Shown one piece after another: positions 1-11,760 of a stretch of DNA of 32,000 nucleotides (position 1 is the stretch's first letter; each line of letters opens with the position of its first letter). Made by a program: the position numbers and the translations under genes. The notes under the pieces were generated by a model. It saw only the letters and a list, made by a program, of their open reading frames with translations, ran no database searches and was not told the origin of the DNA. The stretch lies in the sequence record MF385003.1. One strand, given 5' to 3'.

Positions 1-205
<205 letters not shown>

Positions 206-222
206 GTTAAGGTAATTTTTAA

Positions 223-274
223 TTAATCAAAAAAGTCAGTCATAAAGTATTTTATGACTGACTTTTTTGATTAA
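223..274. terminator. Perfect 24-bp stem / 4-nt loop hairpin between convergent psaB and rps10
   Basis: ttaatcaaaaaagtcagtcataaa-gtat-tttatgactgacttttttgattaa. The arms are exact reverse complements. It lies 18 nt after the psaB stop and 14 nt after the rps10 stop. Confidence 0.7.
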
Positions 275-287
275 ATTTCAAAGATTA

Positions 288-605
288 TTAAAGCTTAACT
301 TCTATATCTACTCCAGATGGGAGATTTAACTTCATTAATGCATCTATTGTTTGAGAAGAAGGTTGATGAATATCAATAATTCTTCTGTGAGACCTTATTT
401 CAAAGTGTTCACGAGAATCTTTATCTACATGGGGAGAGCGTAGTACACAGTATATTCTTCGCTTTGTTGGCAGAGGAATTGGCCCTACTGCTATAGCATT
501 CGTTCTTGCTGCTGTATCTACAATTTTTTTGCATGAAGTGTTAAGTAATCTAGAATTATAAGCTTTTAGCTTAATTCTGATTTTAGGTTGCTGAATGACT
601 GTCAT
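288..605 (-). CDS. rps10: 30S ribosomal protein S10
   Basis: 105-aa [16 protein letters not shown]...[14 protein letters not shown]...RIIDI motifs typical of S10. ATG start. Follows tufA as in cyanobacteria and plastids. Confidence 0.95.
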   Translation of the reverse strand: MTVIQQPKIRIKLKAYNSRLLNTSCKKIVDTAARTNAIAVGPIPLPTKRRIYCVLRSPHVDKDSREHFEIRSHRRIIDIHQPSSQTIDALMKLNLPSGVDIEVKL

Positions 606-620
606 ATTAAGAAAATCTTG

Positions 621-1850
621 CTATTTAAGAATTTTGGAAACAACACCTGCACCTACTGTTCTACCACCTTCTCTAATTGCGAATCGCATACCTTGCTCAA
701 TTGCAATTGCATTAATTAGTTCAGCAGTCATTTTAATTCTGTCACCAGGCATAACCATTTCAGCATCTGTTCCATCATCAGCAGTAAACTGGTTGATAGT
801 TCCAGTTACATCAGTAGTTCTAACATAAAATTGAGGTCTATATCCAGGGAAAAATGGCGTATGTCTTCCACCTTCTTCTTTAGTTAAAATATATACTTCT
901 GCCTCAAATTGTGTGTGAGGCGTAATTGTACCAGGCTTAGCTAGAACCATACCTCTCTCAATGTCTTTCTTTTGAACTCCTCTTAAAAGGATTCCTATAT
1001 TATCTCCCGCCAACCCTTCTTCCAAAGTTTTTTGGAACATTTCTAACCCTGTAATAGTTGTTGTACGAGTTTCTCGTAGTCCTACAATTTCAATAGTATC
1101 TCCTACTTTGATGATACCTCTCTCTATTCTTCCAGTAGCAACAGTTCCTCTACCTGTAATTGAGAAAACATCTTCTACAGCCATTAGAAAAGTTTTATCA
1201 ACATCTCTTTCTGGTGTTGGAATATAAGTATCAACTGCTTCCATTAAAGAGAAAATTTTATCAACCCACTTATCCTCACCTTTTTGTATACCAGTGTTTT
1301 TTGTAACTGCTTCTAAAGCTAATAACGCAGAACCTGCTACAAATGGAATATCGTCACCGGGGAAATCATATTGACTTAAAAGCTCTCTTCCTTCAAGTTC
1401 TACAAGTTCTAATAATTCTTCATCATCTACTTGATCTTCTTTGTTTAGGAAAACTACTAGTGTTGGAACACCAACTTGTTTTGCCAAAAGAATATGCTCT
1501 CGAGTTTGTGGCATAGGACCATCTGCTGCAGATACTACTAGAATCGCACCATCCATTTGAGCAGCACCCGTAATCATATTTTTCACATAATCTGCGTGAC
1601 CTGGACAGTCAACATGTGCATAATGACGGTTATTTGTTTCATACTCAACATGAGCAGTATTGATAGTAATACCCCGAGCTTTTTCTTCTGGGGCAGCATC
1701 AATTTCATCAAATTTCTTGGCAGCAGTAGAGCCTAGCGTTGAAAGAGTTGCAGAAATTGCTGCTGTTAAAGTCGTTTTACCATGGTCAACATGACCAATT
1801 GTTCCAATGTTAACATGTGGTTTTTTACGTTCAAATTTAGAGCGAGCCAT
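621..1850 (-). CDS. tufA: Elongation factor Tu
   Basis: 409 aa with [14 protein letters not shown] and NKED GTPase motifs. Full-length EF-Tu. Confidence 0.98.
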   Translation of the reverse strand: MARSKFERKKPHVNIGTIGHVDHGKTTLTAAISATLSTLGSTAAKKFDEIDAAPEEKARGITINTAHVEYETNNRHYAHVDCPGHADYVKNMITGAAQMDGAILVVSAADGPMPQTREHILLAKQVGVPTLVVFLNKEDQVDDEELLELVELEGRELLSQYDFPGDDIPFVAGSALLALEAVTKNTGIQKGEDKWVDKIFSLMEAVDTYIPTPERDVDKTFLMAVEDVFSITGRGTVATGRIERGIIKVGDTIEIVGLRETRTTTITGLEMFQKTLEEGLAGDNIGILLRGVQKKDIERGMVLAKPGTITPHTQFEAEVYILTKEEGGRHTPFFPGYRPQFYVRTTDVTGTINQFTADDGTDAEMVMPGDRIKMTAELINAIAIEQGMRFAIREGGRTVGAGVVSKILK

Positions 1851-1954
1851 GTTTTTTAGTTTCCTTGTAGAAAAAATTGCTTTATAGTTACTTTTAACGA
1901 TAAATCTTAGTAATTTAAAGATTTATTACTTAATATAAACTAAATTTTAATTAG

Positions 1955-2425
1955 TTAATACCGATAATGAGCAAAGGCTTTATTAGCTTCTGCCATTCTG
2001 TGAGTTTCTTCTCTTTTTCTAATAGAATTACCAGTTTCATTGGCAGCATCCATTATTTCGTTAGCCAATTTCATAGACATATTTTTTCCAGATCTTTCTC
2101 TTGAAAATCGAGTAATCCATCTTAAGGCTAAATTAGTTCCTCTATATGCGCGAACTTCTATTGGAACTTGATATGTAGAACCACCAACTCGCCTAGCTTT
2201 CACTTCTACGAGAGGAGTAATATTACGAATAGCTTTTTCTAAAATATTTAGAGGGTCCGTTTCGGTTCTTTCTTTAACAATATCTAAAGCTTGATATATA
2301 ATTCTTTGAGCTAAAGTTTTTTTTCCACTTCTTAGGATACGAACAGTAAGCATACTAATTAATCTACTTTTGTATAAAGGATCTGGTGATGCGAATCGCT
2401 TTTTAGCTGTATTACGACGAGACAT
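1955..2425 (-). CDS. rps7: 30S ribosomal protein S7
   Basis: 156-aa [13 protein letters not shown]...PDPLY, typical S7. Adjacent to rps12. Confidence 0.95.
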   Translation of the reverse strand: MSRRNTAKKRFASPDPLYKSRLISMLTVRILRSGKKTLAQRIIYQALDIVKERTETDPLNILEKAIRNITPLVEVKARRVGGSTYQVPIEVRAYRGTNLALRWITRFSRERSGKNMSMKLANEIMDAANETGNSIRKREETHRMAEANKAFAHYRY

Positions 2426-2471
2426 AAAATTTAAGATTTGTTATTGTAATAATATTTCTACTAAAAGATAT

Positions 2472-2846
2472 TTAAGATTTAGGTTTCTTGGTACCATATT
2501 TTGAACGACTTTTTCGACGATCTTTTACTCCTGCAGCATCTAAAGTACCACGTACAACATGATATCTAACACCAGGTAAATCTTTGATTCTACCTCCTCT
2601 AATTAGTACTACAGAATGTTCTTGAATATTATGACCTACACCAGGAATATAAGCTGTCACTTCAAATCCAGATGTTAATCTCACACGGGCTACTTTACGC
2701 AAAGCAGAATTGGGCTTCTTTGGAGTTGTAGTATAAACTCTTGTACAGACACCTCTTCTTTGAGGACAACTTTTTAAAGCAGGAGATTTTGTCTTTTTAT
2801 TAATTTTTCGTCTTTCAGATCTAACTAGTTGTTGAATTGTTGGCAT
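2472..2846 (-). CDS. rps12: 30S ribosomal protein S12 (uninterrupted)
   Basis: 124 aa, MPTIQQLVR...[10 protein letters not shown] motif. Single exon. Confidence 0.97.
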   Translation of the reverse strand: MPTIQQLVRSERRKINKKTKSPALKSCPQRRGVCTRVYTTTPKKPNSALRKVARVRLTSGFEVTAYIPGVGHNIQEHSVVLIRGGRIKDLPGVRYHVVRGTLDAAGVKDRRKSRSKYGTKKPKS

Positions 2847-2905
2847 AGTTAATTATATTGTGTATCTGCTAATAAAACATTTTAAAATTAGTTCTCATAC
2901 ACAAA

Positions 2906-3118
2906 CTAATCTTTATTCATTTTATATTTACGCATAAATCTTTCTACTCTACCCTCAGTATCAATAATTCTTTGAGAACCAGTAAAAAATGGATGGTTAC
3001 CTGACCAAATATCAACATGTAATTCAGGTTTTGTAGAACCAATTGTCATAATTAATTTACCGTCACAGTAGACTTTTGAATCAGGGTACCAGCTAGGATG
3101 TATATTATCTTTTGCCAT
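2906..3118 (-). CDS. rpl31: 50S ribosomal protein L31
   Basis: 70 aa, MAKDNIHP...HPFFTG...RVERF typical L31. Confidence 0.85.
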   Translation of the reverse strand: MAKDNIHPSWYPDSKVYCDGKLIMTIGSTKPELHVDIWSGNHPFFTGSQRIIDTEGRVERFMRKYKMNKD

Positions 3119-3155
3119 GGTTTTTGTAATCTTATAATAAAATAATTAAATAATT

Positions 3156-3569
3156 TTAACGTTTGGAGAATTGAGGGGCTTTTCGAGCTTTCTTTAAGCC
3201 ATATTTTTTTCTTTCTTTTACTCTTGGATCTCTTGTTAAATAGCCTTCTGATTTAAGGGCACTTCTATTTTCTGGATTAATTGAGCATAAAGCTCTAGCA
3301 ACCCCTAAGCGGATTGCATCAGCTTGACCTGTCAGACCTCCTCCTCTAGCATTTACATGTATATCATATTGATTTAATAATCCTAAAACTTGTAGAGGTG
3401 CATACGAAACTCTTAAATAATTAGGGCTAAATTGAAGATAAGATTCGCCAGGAATACCATTAATTACTAGATTTCCTGAACCTGGGACTAGTCTGACTTG
3501 AGCAACAGAACATTTACGGCGACCTGTTCCAGAATAGATTGCACGAGTTTTAATTAATTCTGTCGACAT
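3156..3569 (-). CDS. rps9: 30S ribosomal protein S9
   Basis: 137 aa, GTGRRK...[19 protein letters not shown]...[25 protein letters not shown]. Confidence 0.95.
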   Translation of the reverse strand: MSTELIKTRAIYSGTGRRKCSVAQVRLVPGSGNLVINGIPGESYLQFSPNYLRVSYAPLQVLGLLNQYDIHVNARGGGLTGQADAIRLGVARALCSINPENRSALKSEGYLTRDPRVKERKKYGLKKARKAPQFSKR

Positions 3570-3602
3570 AATTTTCCTTGATAACTAAATAAATATACAT
3601 TT

Positions 3603-4031
3603 TTACACCATACACTCTTTCGGTTTCTGTGCAGCATGAGGATGAAGTGATCCTGAATAAACTTTTAGTTTTGTAAATAATTTTCGGCCTAATGGGCCTT
3701 TAGGTAACATTCCCTTTACTGATTTTTCAATAATTCGATTAGGTAATCTTGTTTGCAGCTGTTCAAATGTTTCAACCTTTAATCCTCCTGGTTGGCCAGA
3801 ATGTCTTCTATATAGTTTTTGAGTTGTTTTACTTCCGCTAACACATACTTCAGCTGAATTAATAACAATTACATAATCTCCTGTATCTAAGTAAGGAGTA
3901 TATGACGGTTTATTTTTACCTCTTAAAATATTAGATATATGAGTAGACATACGACCAAGTTTCTGATCTTTAGCGTCTATAATATACCAACTTGGGCTGG
4001 TAATTAATGATGGTACTTGTGTTTTATTCAT
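3603..4031 (-). CDS. rpl13: 50S ribosomal protein L13
   Basis: [16 protein letters not shown]...L13 signature. The ORF-track start at 4058 is a TTG. The first ATG (MNKTQVP...) is at 4031 and is preferred. Confidence 0.9.
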   Translation of the reverse strand: MNKTQVPSLITSPSWYIIDAKDQKLGRMSTHISNILRGKNKPSYTPYLDTGDYVIVINSAEVCVSGSKTTQKLYRRHSGQPGGLKVETFEQLQTRLPNRIIEKSVKGMLPKGPLGRKLFTKLKVYSGSLHPHAAQKPKECMV

Positions 4032-4216
4032 GAAAAGATTAGTACTTTTATTTAACAATAAGAAAATATGTAGATGTTACACATATAAATTCCGTGTAAT
4101 CAATTATTTTTGAATATTATATTCAAATTATGTTTGCACAAAAAGGTTTTATAGTAGTTTTTAAAAAAACTTCTTATTAAGAATAAATTATAACGTTTTT
4201 GATAGTATAAAATAAA

Positions 4217-5152
4217 TTAATCTGTTTTTTCTTTTGGCAAACTTATACCTAATGTTTTTTGTAGAGCATATATAACTTCTTCTGCTGATTTTTGGCCAAA
4301 ATTTTTGATTTCTAAAAGTTCTTCTTGAGAATAATCTAGTAAATCTGCAATAGAATGAATTTGAGCTCTTTTTAAGCAATTATATGCTCTAACAGATAAT
4401 TGCAATTCTTCTATTAAAACTTGACTAATCTTTTTATCTTCTTTATTACGATAAGTATCTACTGATTTAAAATCTAAATTTCTCAATGAGCAAAAAAGGT
4501 TAGTTAAAACTGTTGCGCCTTGACTAATAGCTTCCTGCGGGGAAATACTACCATTAGTCCAAATTTGCAAAATCAATCTATCTTTAATACTGTTAGTGCC
4601 TACGCGTACTTCTTCTACTTTATAATTGACTTTGTTTACAGGCATAAAGATTGAGTCTACTTGAAGAAAATCTAAAGATAGTTCATCAACTGCTTTTTCG
4701 GCTAAACGATATCCACAACTTTTTTCAATTTTAAATTCCATTTCGAATATTGTATTATTGCAAATAGTTGCAATATATTGTCTTGGATCTACTACTTCAA
4801 TATCAGAAGACAATTCGAACAAACCAGCTGTAACTATAGCTGGTCCTTGTATTTTAATTCTACCAATTTGAGACTCTTTATTATTGCTTTTAAATACTAC
4901 TTCTTTCAAGTTCAGTAATATTTCTAAGACATCTTCTCGAACTCCTGAAATTGTAGAAAATTCATGATTAACTCCAGCTATGCGAACAGCAACTATGGCA
5001 GTACCCTCTAAATCTGACAGTATCGATCTTCTTAGAGCATTACCAAGAGTAATTCCTTGGCCTTGGTTTAAGGAATCTATTATAAAGCTACCATACTGTC
5101 CGCGAGCCCCATCTGTTCTTGACTCTACACATTCAATTTGAAATTGAGCCAC
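4217..5152 (-). CDS. rpoA: RNA polymerase alpha subunit
   Basis: 311 aa, N-terminus (M)AQFQIECVESR and C-terminal domain ELQLSVRAYNCLKRAQIHSIADLL. GTG start preceded by AAAGGAG. Confidence 0.95.
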   Translation of the reverse strand: MAQFQIECVESRTDGARGQYGSFIIDSLNQGQGITLGNALRRSILSDLEGTAIVAVRIAGVNHEFSTISGVREDVLEILLNLKEVVFKSNNKESQIGRIKIQGPAIVTAGLFELSSDIEVVDPRQYIATICNNTIFEMEFKIEKSCGYRLAEKAVDELSLDFLQVDSIFMPVNKVNYKVEEVRVGTNSIKDRLILQIWTNGSISPQEAISQGATVLTNLFCSLRNLDFKSVDTYRNKEDKKISQVLIEELQLSVRAYNCLKRAQIHSIADLLDYSQEELLEIKNFGQKSAEEVIYALQKTLGISLPKEKTD

Positions 5153-5213
5153 CTAAGAAAGCTCCTTTAAAAATAATCATTGATTGGTAATTTTATCTAT
5201 AATAAAAAAGAAT

Positions 5214-5606
5214 CTATACACGGCGTTTCTTAGGAGGACGACATCCATTATGAGGCACAGGGGTAATATCTTTTATTAAAGTAATTTCCAGGCCTGCTGC
5301 CTGCAAAGCTCTAATTGCTGTTTCGCGACCTGCTCCAGGTCCATTGACTAAAACTTGTGTTTGCCGCATACCTTGGTCCATTGCTTGTTTGGCAGCTTTT
5401 TCAGCTGCGGTTTGGGCTGCAAATGGGGTTCCTTTTTTTGCTCCCTTAAATCCACTAGCACCAGAAGATGACCAAGATAATGTCTCACCTTTCAAATTAG
5501 TAATTGTAACAATTGTATTGTTAAACGTAGATTTTATGTGCGTAATACCATTAACTGCATTACGCTTATTTTTTCTTGCTCCAGATTTCCTTATTTGTCT
5601 TGCCAT
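5214..5606 (-). CDS. rps11: 30S ribosomal protein S11
   Basis: 130 aa, typical S11 ([18 protein letters not shown]..., ...[13 protein letters not shown]). Confidence 0.95.
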   Translation of the reverse strand: MARQIRKSGARKNKRNAVNGITHIKSTFNNTIVTITNLKGETLSWSSSGASGFKGAKKGTPFAAQTAAEKAAKQAMDQGMRQTQVLVNGPGAGRETAIRALQAAGLEITLIKDITPVPHNGCRPPKKRRV

Positions 5607-5636
5607 TTTATTTAGCCTATATAGTTAATTAAAAAA

Positions 5637-6017
5637 TTACTTTCTTGGGGCTTTTTTCTTACCTGCTACTGTCTTTTTACCACCTCTTCGTGTTCTTGCA
5701 TTTGTTCTAGTTCTTTGACCTCTTAAAGGTAAACCCACACGATGTCTTCGACCTCGATAAGTACTAATTTCCATTAATCTTTTAATACTCATAGACTCGA
5801 AACGTTTTAAATCTCCTTCAATCTGGTAGTTAGATTCAAGTATTTCTCTTATACTAACAATCTGTTGGTCATTCAAATTTTGACATCTTATGTCTGCATC
5901 AATGTTAGTTTTTTTCAATATTTCTTTTGATCGAGATAAACCAATTCCATAAATATAAGTCAATGCTATCTCTATTCTTTTATTTCTAGGGAGATCTACT
6001 CCAGCAATTCTAGCCAC
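5637..6017 (-). CDS. rps13: 30S ribosomal protein S13
   Basis: 126 aa, (M)[28 protein letters not shown] start with GGAG 11 nt upstream. Confidence 0.95.
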   Translation of the reverse strand: MARIAGVDLPRNKRIEIALTYIYGIGLSRSKEILKKTNIDADIRCQNLNDQQIVSIREILESNYQIEGDLKRFESMSIKRLMEISTYRGRRHRVGLPLRGQRTRTNARTRRGGKKTVAGKKKAPRK

Positions 6018-6072
6018 TTTATGTTGTCTCCAATAAATAATATTTACTTTTTATCAGACTAAGCTTTGTAAT

Positions 6073-6186
6073 TTAACCTTGTCTTTGCTTATGCTTAGGA
6101 TTATTACAAATTACCATGACTTTTCTGTGGCGACGAATTATTCTACATTTCTCACACATTTTGCGAACAGAAGGACGAACTTTCAT
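6073..6186 (-). CDS. rpl36: 50S ribosomal protein L36
   Basis: Not in the ORF track. Hand translation gives [37 protein letters not shown] (37 aa). ATG at 6186-6184, TAA at 6075-6073. Confidence 0.95.
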   Translation of the reverse strand: MKVRPSVRKMCEKCRIIRRHRKVMVICNNPKHKQRQG

Positions 6187-6268
6187 ATTGATTGGCTTTG
6201 TATAGTAGAAAAATTACTTTATTAATTCTATTAAATATTTGCGCATGATACGCAGAGAACATATTTTA

Positions 6269-7504
6269 TCACTTGGTCATACTATCATATTTTTTAGATA
6301 TAACGTATGTTTGAATTTGTTTAGCCGTATCTATCGCAACACCAACTAAAATCAGTAATGATGTAGCTCCAAGACCTCTTAAGTTCTGTATTTGGGCGAC
6401 CTTTTCTATTATAAACGGAATTAACGCTACTGTAAATAAAAATGTCGCTCCAAGAAATGTAAGTCTGTTTAATATAACTTGCAGATAATCTATGGTAGCT
6501 TGCCCCGGGCGAATATTAGGAATACTGGCACCCATTTTTTTTAGGTTTGTGGCAATATCTTCTGGATTCATTACAATTGAGGTATAAAAATAACTAAAGA
6601 ATAAAATTAAAGCACTATAAAGGACAAGATATAAAGATCCATTGGGGCAAAATAGATAAAGAATTTGTAATACAAGTGGATTTTGTGTTAATTGAGTCAA
6701 ATATGCAGGAAGCGCCATAGATGCTGATGCAAAAACAATAGGCATAACTCCACCTTGATTCAGCTTTAAAGGTAAATAGCTGTTAGGATCAAGGATTGAA
6801 GATTTGCCTAATTGTCTTGCCGAAATAATTTTAATTCTTCTTGTACCTTCTTGCACAAAAATCGTAATTATTATCATTAGCAAAAAAATCACAATGAATA
6901 AGCCAAACTTAATACTTGTATTATTATAGTTAGCGTCGAAAAAAGATTGAGTAAAATTTTTGGGGAGACCTGAAACAATATTTTGAAAAATTAGTAGAGA
7001 TGCTCCATTACCTATTCCTTTTTCTGTAATTAGTTCTGATAACCACATAATAATCATAGACCCAGCTGTCAAAGCTAAGATAGATTCACATACAAAAGCA
7101 AAATTCCAATTAAAAACATATGGCTTTACCCAGATAGAGATTGCGCTGGACTGTAGAGTGGCCCAACCTAAAGCTAAATATCTCGTAATTTGCGTTATCT
7201 TTTGGCGTCCTAATTCTCCTTCTTCTTTTTGAAGCTTTTCTAGAGTAGGAATTATTTTTGTAAGTAATTGCATCACAATCGAAGAATTAATATAAGGAAC
7301 AATGCCCAATGCAAAAATTCCTATTGTAGAGAAACCTCCACCAGAGAAAATGTTCAAAAAGTTCACTAAAGTATTCTTCTCTACACTCGCATAAAAGGCA
7401 TCATGATCTATACCTGGGACAGGTATAAAAATACCTAAACGTGCTAAAATCAATAAGAAAAGAGTAAATACAATACGGTTTCGTAAATCGCTTTTTTGGC
7501 TCAT
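6269..7504 (-). CDS. secY: Preprotein translocase subunit SecY
   Basis: 411-aa polytopic membrane protein in the canonical position between rps5 and rpl36. SecY-like N-terminus and multiple TM segments. Confidence 0.9.
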   Translation of the reverse strand: MSQKSDLRNRIVFTLFLLILARLGIFIPVPGIDHDAFYASVEKNTLVNFLNIFSGGGFSTIGIFALGIVPYINSSIVMQLLTKIIPTLEKLQKEEGELGRQKITQITRYLALGWATLQSSAISIWVKPYVFNWNFAFVCESILALTAGSMIIMWLSELITEKGIGNGASLLIFQNIVSGLPKNFTQSFFDANYNNTSIKFGLFIVIFLLMIIITIFVQEGTRRIKIISARQLGKSSILDPNSYLPLKLNQGGVMPIVFASASMALPAYLTQLTQNPLVLQILYLFCPNGSLYLVLYSALILFFSYFYTSIVMNPEDIATNLKKMGASIPNIRPGQATIDYLQVILNRLTFLGATFLFTVALIPFIIEKVAQIQNLRGLGATSLLILVGVAIDTAKQIQTYVISKKYDSMTK

Positions 7505-7617
7505 ACGTAATTTTCAGGTAAAAAAACAATTTTTTAATTAAATAAAAACCCTATTCCAATACTTATACAAGTTGAAAATAGGGAATTAAGACAACATAGC
7601 AATACTTTTATAATATT

Positions 7618-8151
7618 CTATTTAGAATAAAGATTTTCTATTGGCACTCCTCGGTCTTTTGCAGCTTCGCTAAAAGTTCTTAGTTGAGTCAATCCATTTA
7701 AAACAGCTCGTGCATTATTCAGAGTATTATTAGATCCCAATTGTTTAGCAAGAATATTTTGAACACCAGATAATTCTAAAACTGTTCTAACAGAACCGCC
7801 AGCAATTACACCAGAACCAGGGGCTGATGGTCTTAGTATAACTTGTGCAGCACCAGAAATTCCATTAATAGGATGTGGTATAGAATTAGATTTAGTTAAT
7901 GGAACTGTAACTAGATGTTTTTTAGCATCCGTTACACCTTTTTTTACTGCTCCAATTACATCACTTGCTTTACCCACACCTACACCAACTTGGCCTTGTT
8001 CATTGCCCACAACTAAAATAACTCTAAAGCTTAATTTCTTACCTCCTTTTACAACTTTCGTGACTCGTTTAACTTGCACAACTCTTTCTTCCCATCCGCT
8101 ATCTTTTTCTTTAACTTTTCCTTGTTTTTTACGATTTGCCATCTTCAACAT
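7618..8151 (-). CDS. rps5: 30S ribosomal protein S5
   Basis: 177 aa, [22 protein letters not shown]...GVGKA S5 signature. An alternative in-frame ATG at 8142 (MANRKK) is possible. Confidence 0.93.
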   Translation of the reverse strand: MLKMANRKKQGKVKEKDSGWEERVVQVKRVTKVVKGGKKLSFRVILVVGNEQGQVGVGVGKASDVIGAVKKGVTDAKKHLVTVPLTKSNSIPHPINGISGAAQVILRPSAPGSGVIAGGSVRTVLELSGVQNILAKQLGSNNTLNNARAVLNGLTQLRTFSEAAKDRGVPIENLYSK

Positions 8152-8177
8152 TATTCCTAGTTAGTTAATTAGCAACT

Positions 8178-8540
8178 TTAAAACACCATGCCAGCTTCTT
8201 TTGCAGCCTTAGCTAAAGCTTTAACTCGTCCATGATATAATTTACCACCTCTATCAAAAACGACAGTTTCGATTCCTTCTTTTATAGATCGTTCTGCTAA
8301 AGTTTTACCCACTGAACGAGAAGCTTCGCAATTAGATCCAAGTGCTATTGATGATTGAGAATTTAAGTTAACAGACGAAGCTGCAACTAAAGTAATCCCT
8401 TTTGTATCATCAATAACTTGTGCATATATGTGCTTGTTAGATCTAAATACACATAATCGAGGTCTACTAGCAGTTCCTCGAACTTTTTTTCGAACACGTC
8501 TATGCTTGTGAATTCTAGTCTGCTTGCTATTGATTTTCAT
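8178..8540 (-). CDS. rpl18: 50S ribosomal protein L18
   Basis: 120 aa, [20 protein letters not shown]...[16 protein letters not shown]. Confidence 0.95.
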   Translation of the reverse strand: MKINSKQTRIHKHRRVRKKVRGTASRPRLCVFRSNKHIYAQVIDDTKGITLVAASSVNLNSQSSIALGSNCEASRSVGKTLAERSIKEGIETVVFDRGGKLYHGRVKALAKAAKEAGMVF

Positions 8541-8542
8541 TG

Positions 8543-9085
8543 TTATTTACCTTTTCCAGCTTTTCCAGCTTTTCTTCTTACAACTTCGCCTTGATATCGA
8601 ATTCCTTTTCCTTTATAAGGTTCTGGTGGTCTTATTGAACGAATAGTAGAAGCAACTTGACCAACTACTTCTTTATCTATACCTAAAACAGTAATATTGG
8701 TGTTATTTTCAACTTTGATTTCAATATTTTGAGGGGGTTGGATAGTTACAACATGACTATAGCCTACACTTAGTATTAAGTTATTATTATCTATCTGAGA
8801 GCGGTAACCTACACCTTGAATTTGGAGTTTTTTGGAAAAACCATTAGAAACTCCTTCAATCATATTATTAATAAGTGTCCGAGATAGTCCATGCAATTGA
8901 TTAGCTTTTTTAGTATTTCCACTTGTTCGGACAAGAATTGTAGCATTATTAATTTCTAAAGTGATACCCTCTGGCAAAGTTCTTGACAAAGTGCCTTTTG
9001 GCCCGTTTACTGTAATGGTTTGACCATCAAATTGAGTACTAAGGTTTGTAGGCAATAAAATTATTTTTTTTCCAATTCGGGACAT
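8543..9085 (-). CDS. rpl6: 50S ribosomal protein L6
   Basis: 180 aa, [12 protein letters not shown]...[11 protein letters not shown]. Confidence 0.95.
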   Translation of the reverse strand: MSRIGKKIILLPTNLSTQFDGQTITVNGPKGTLSRTLPEGITLEINNATILVRTSGNTKKANQLHGLSRTLINNMIEGVSNGFSKKLQIQGVGYRSQIDNNNLILSVGYSHVVTIQPPQNIEIKVENNTNITVLGIDKEVVGQVASTIRSIRPPEPYKGKGIRYQGEVVRRKAGKAGKGK

Positions 9086-9103
9086 ATTCCACCTATAAAT
9101 TAG

Positions 9104-9502
9104 TTACCAAATATAACATAAAATTTCACCACCTAAGCCATCATGACGAGCTTGTCTATCTGTCATAACACCTCGAGAAGTAGAAATAATGGCAATACCT
9201 AAACCTCCGAGAACTCTAGGTAATTCTTTGTGATTTGCATAAACTCTTAGTCCTGGTTTACTAATTCTTTTGAGAGCAGTGATAACCGGTTGTCGATTTT
9301 TCCCATTATATTTTAAAGAAATCATCAAATGAGTCTCTATACCTTCGCCCATTTGCTCAAAATTTTGAAGAAATCCTTCTTCCTTGAGTACTAGTGCCAT
9401 ATTGCGTGTCATTTTCGTTGCTGGTACCTGTACAATTTGATGTCTTGCCAAGTTCGCGTTACGAATACGTGTCAGCATATCGGCAATCGTATCGTTGACC
9501 AC
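9104..9502 (-). CDS. rps8: 30S ribosomal protein S8
   Basis: 132 aa, (M)[18 protein letters not shown] start preceded by AAGGGGGA. Confidence 0.95.
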   Translation of the reverse strand: MVNDTIADMLTRIRNANLARHQIVQVPATKMTRNMALVLKEEGFLQNFEQMGEGIETHLMISLKYNGKNRQPVITALKRISKPGLRVYANHKELPRVLGGLGIAIISTSRGVMTDRQARHDGLGGEILCYIW

Positions 9503-9537
9503 TACATCCCCCTTAAGATAGATTATTTAGAATATTT

Positions 9538-10083
9538 TCAGGATTCTCTAAAAGGCATACCAAGCTTTTTTAATAAAGCTAACCCTTCTTGATCTGTTTT
9601 AGCTGTTGTTACAATTGAGATATCTAAGCCACGAATTTGATCAATATTATCATAGTCTATCTCTGGAAATATTAATTGTTCACGTAAACCTAAATTATAA
9701 TTACCTTTTCCATCAAAACTTTTAGGGCTAATTCCTCTAAAATCTCGGATTCTTGGTAAAGTTAAATTAATTAATTTTTCCAAAAAAGAGTACATTTTAT
9801 CTTTTCGCAGGTGCACTACAATTCCAATGGGAACTTCTTCACGAATTTTAAAACCTGCTATAGATTTTTTAGCCTTTGTTACAATTGGTTTTTGCCCAGT
9901 AATTAATGTTAGTTCTTGAATACTGCTTTCAAGGGCTTTAGTATTTTGGGACGCTTCACCTAATCCCCGATTAATAGTAATTTTAGTAAAACGAGGGACT
10001 TCATGGACATTCTCATACTGAAATTCTTCTTTGAGAGCTTGAGTAACAGTTTTTTTATATTTTTCTTTTAATCCTATTACCAT
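9538..10083 (-). CDS. rpl5: 50S ribosomal protein L5
   Basis: 181 aa, typical L5 ([10 protein letters not shown]..., [14 protein letters not shown]). Confidence 0.95.
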   Translation of the reverse strand: MVIGLKEKYKKTVTQALKEEFQYENVHEVPRFTKITINRGLGEASQNTKALESSIQELTLITGQKPIVTKAKKSIAGFKIREEVPIGIVVHLRKDKMYSFLEKLINLTLPRIRDFRGISPKSFDGKGNYNLGLREQLIFPEIDYDNIDQIRGLDISIVTTAKTDQEGLALLKKLGMPFRES

Positions 10084-10097
10084 TATATTTTTATAAC

Positions 10098-10448
10098 CTA
10101 TTTGATAATTTCACCAGTCTTTTTTAATTTGCGGACTTTTTGGCCCTCATCATCAATTATTACTGAGAATCGACTAGAAATATTATTTTTTTGACTGAAT
10201 AACATAACATTAGAACTATGTATAGGTGCTTCGAATTTTGTAATTTGTCCAGTCTCACCTTCTTGCTGAGGTCTTTTATGCTTTACTTTAAGATTAATTC
10301 CTTTGACGATAACTTTACTAGTTTTATGTATAATTGCAATAATCTCGCCTGTCTTGTTTTTATCACTACCAGAAAGTACTTTGACTAAATCGCCTTTTTT
10401 GAATTTAACTTTTTTATTCACTATATTTTTTGCAAGCAAACTTTTCAT
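10098..10448 (-). CDS. rpl24: 50S ribosomal protein L24
   Basis: 116 aa with [23 protein letters not shown] motif. Its ATG overlaps the rpl14 TAA by 1 nt (TAATG). Confidence 0.9.
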   Translation of the reverse strand: MKSLLAKNIVNKKVKFKKGDLVKVLSGSDKNKTGEIIAIIHKTSKVIVKGINLKVKHKRPQQEGETGQITKFEAPIHSSNVMLFSQKNNISSRFSVIIDDEGQKVRKLKKTGEIIK

Positions 10449-10816
10449 TATATTACCTCCGGCGCAAGAGAAACAATTTTAGAAAAATTTTTATCTCTTA
10501 ATTCTCGAGCTATAGGTCCAAATACTCTAGTGCCACGAGGATTATTATCTTGATTAATAATAACGGCTGCATTGTCATCGAATCGAATACTCATACCATC
10601 AATTCTTCTTAATGCTTTACGCGTTCTAACAACAACAGCTCGTACCACATCAGATCTTTTAACAGGCATATTTGGAGAAGCATCTTTGACAACACCAATA
10701 ATTACGTCACCTATAGACGCATAAGATGGATTGCTGGTACCCAGCACCCGAATACACATTATTTTTCTAGCACCACTATTATCTGCTACATTAAGATAGC
10801 TTTGAGTCTGTATCAT
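10448..10816 (-). CDS. rpl14: 50S ribosomal protein L14
   Basis: 122 aa, [26 protein letters not shown]. Confidence 0.97.
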   Translation of the reverse strand: MIQTQSYLNVADNSGARKIMCIRVLGTSNPSYASIGDVIIGVVKDASPNMPVKRSDVVRAVVVRTRKALRRIDGMSIRFDDNAAVIINQDNNPRGTRVFGPIARELRDKNFSKIVSLAPEVI

Positions 10817-10835
10817 ACTTTTATTCTATATAAGA

Positions 10836-11087
10836 TTAATTATCAAAAGATTTAGATAATATATTAACCATTGTCCAACACTTTGTACGACTTAAAGGCC
10901 TAGTCTCCTGTATTGTAACAATATCGCCTACTGCGCATTCATTATTTTCATCGTGTGCTTTATATTTTTTCGTACGAATCATTGTTTTAGCATATTTTCT
11001 GTGAGAAATTCTATTTTCTACAGCTACTACTATAGTTTTATTCATTTTATCGCTTATTACTTTACCTGTTGTTTCTTTTAAAGGCAT
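10836..11087 (-). CDS. rps17: 30S ribosomal protein S17
   Basis: 83 aa, [17 protein letters not shown]...[13 protein letters not shown]. Confidence 0.93.
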   Translation of the reverse strand: MPLKETTGKVISDKMNKTIVVAVENRISHRKYAKTMIRTKKYKAHDENNECAVGDIVTIQETRPLSRTKCWTMVNILSKSFDN

Positions 11088-11112
11088 AGTCTAAATGAGT
11101 TATATAATTAAT

Positions 11113-11316
11113 TTAATTTGACTGGTCCCTGGACTTTTCAACCGTTAAAAGTTGAGCTAATCTATGTTTTGAATGCTTGAACAAATGAGGCTTAAAATCT
11201 TGTCTTGTTGCTCTTTTTAGTCTTAAATCAAATAACTGTCTTTTGATTGCGATAATTTCTTTTGATAGAGAGGAATCGTCCAGTTGTATAACATCTAATA
11301 TTTTAGGTAAAGTCAT
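11113..11316 (-). CDS. rpl29: 50S ribosomal protein L29
   Basis: 67 aa, helical, LSKEIIAIKRQLFDLRLKRATRQ. Position between rpl16 and rps17. Confidence 0.88.
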   Translation of the reverse strand: MTLPKILDVIQLDDSSLSKEIIAIKRQLFDLRLKRATRQDFKPHLFKHSKHRLAQLLTVEKSRDQSN

Positions 11317-11318
11317 AT

Positions 11319-11738
11319 TTAAAATTCTATTGTATTCCTCACTATAAACTTTGTCTTTATCGGCAATTTATAAGAGGCTAATTTCATAGCTTGTTGTGCA
11401 GTTTTTTGTGGTACCCCAGTAATTTCAAATAAAATATGACCAGGCTTAATAACTGCAACCCAGTATTCTGGAGCACCTTTTCCAGACCCCATACGAGTTT
11501 CTGCAGGCCGTGCTGTGACAGGTTTATCTGGAAAAACTCTGATCCACAGTTTACCACCTCGTCTGACATATCTTGTTATAGTTCTTCGTGTTGCTTCTAT
11601 TTGTCTAGAAGTTAACCAAACAGGCTCTATCGCTTGTAATGCATAATCGCCGAATGCAATAGTATTACCTTTACTTGCAGAACCTTTCATTCTGCCTCTA
11701 TGTTGTTTTCGAAATTTTGTTTTCTTAGGGCTTAGCAT
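11319..11738 (-). CDS. rpl16: 50S ribosomal protein L16
   Basis: 139 aa, [19 protein letters not shown]...RMGSGKG. Confidence 0.97.
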   Translation of the reverse strand: MLSPKKTKFRKQHRGRMKGSASKGNTIAFGDYALQAIEPVWLTSRQIEATRRTITRYVRRGGKLWIRVFPDKPVTARPAETRMGSGKGAPEYWVAVIKPGHILFEITGVPQKTAQQAMKLASYKLPIKTKFIVRNTIEF

Positions 11739-11760
11739 GAGAGTTTAACATTTAGGATAA

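Noticed and set aside
595-828. Short ORFs overlapping known genes on the opposite strand or in another frame (595-828, 4188-4379, 5344-5628, 11384-11569, 11920-12105, 14986-15246, 15156-15443, 17590-17781, 20353-20604, 28893-29099, 31309-31554)
   Set aside because: Each is nested in or overlaps a confidently identified conserved gene (tufA, rpoA, rps11, rpl16, rps3, rpl4/rpl3, dnaK, ycf38, ilvB, clpC). None has an SD or recognisable motifs.
1900-1926. Short AT-only inverted repeats in operon-internal spacers (e.g. 1900-1926 rps7/tufA, 4109-4127 rpl13/rpoA, 21004-21026 after ycf38, 22739-22759 psbB/psbT)
   Set aside because: These are 8-9-bp all-A/T stems, which have low predicted stability and are common by chance in AT-rich DNA. 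They might be processing sites, but the sequence gives no specific support.
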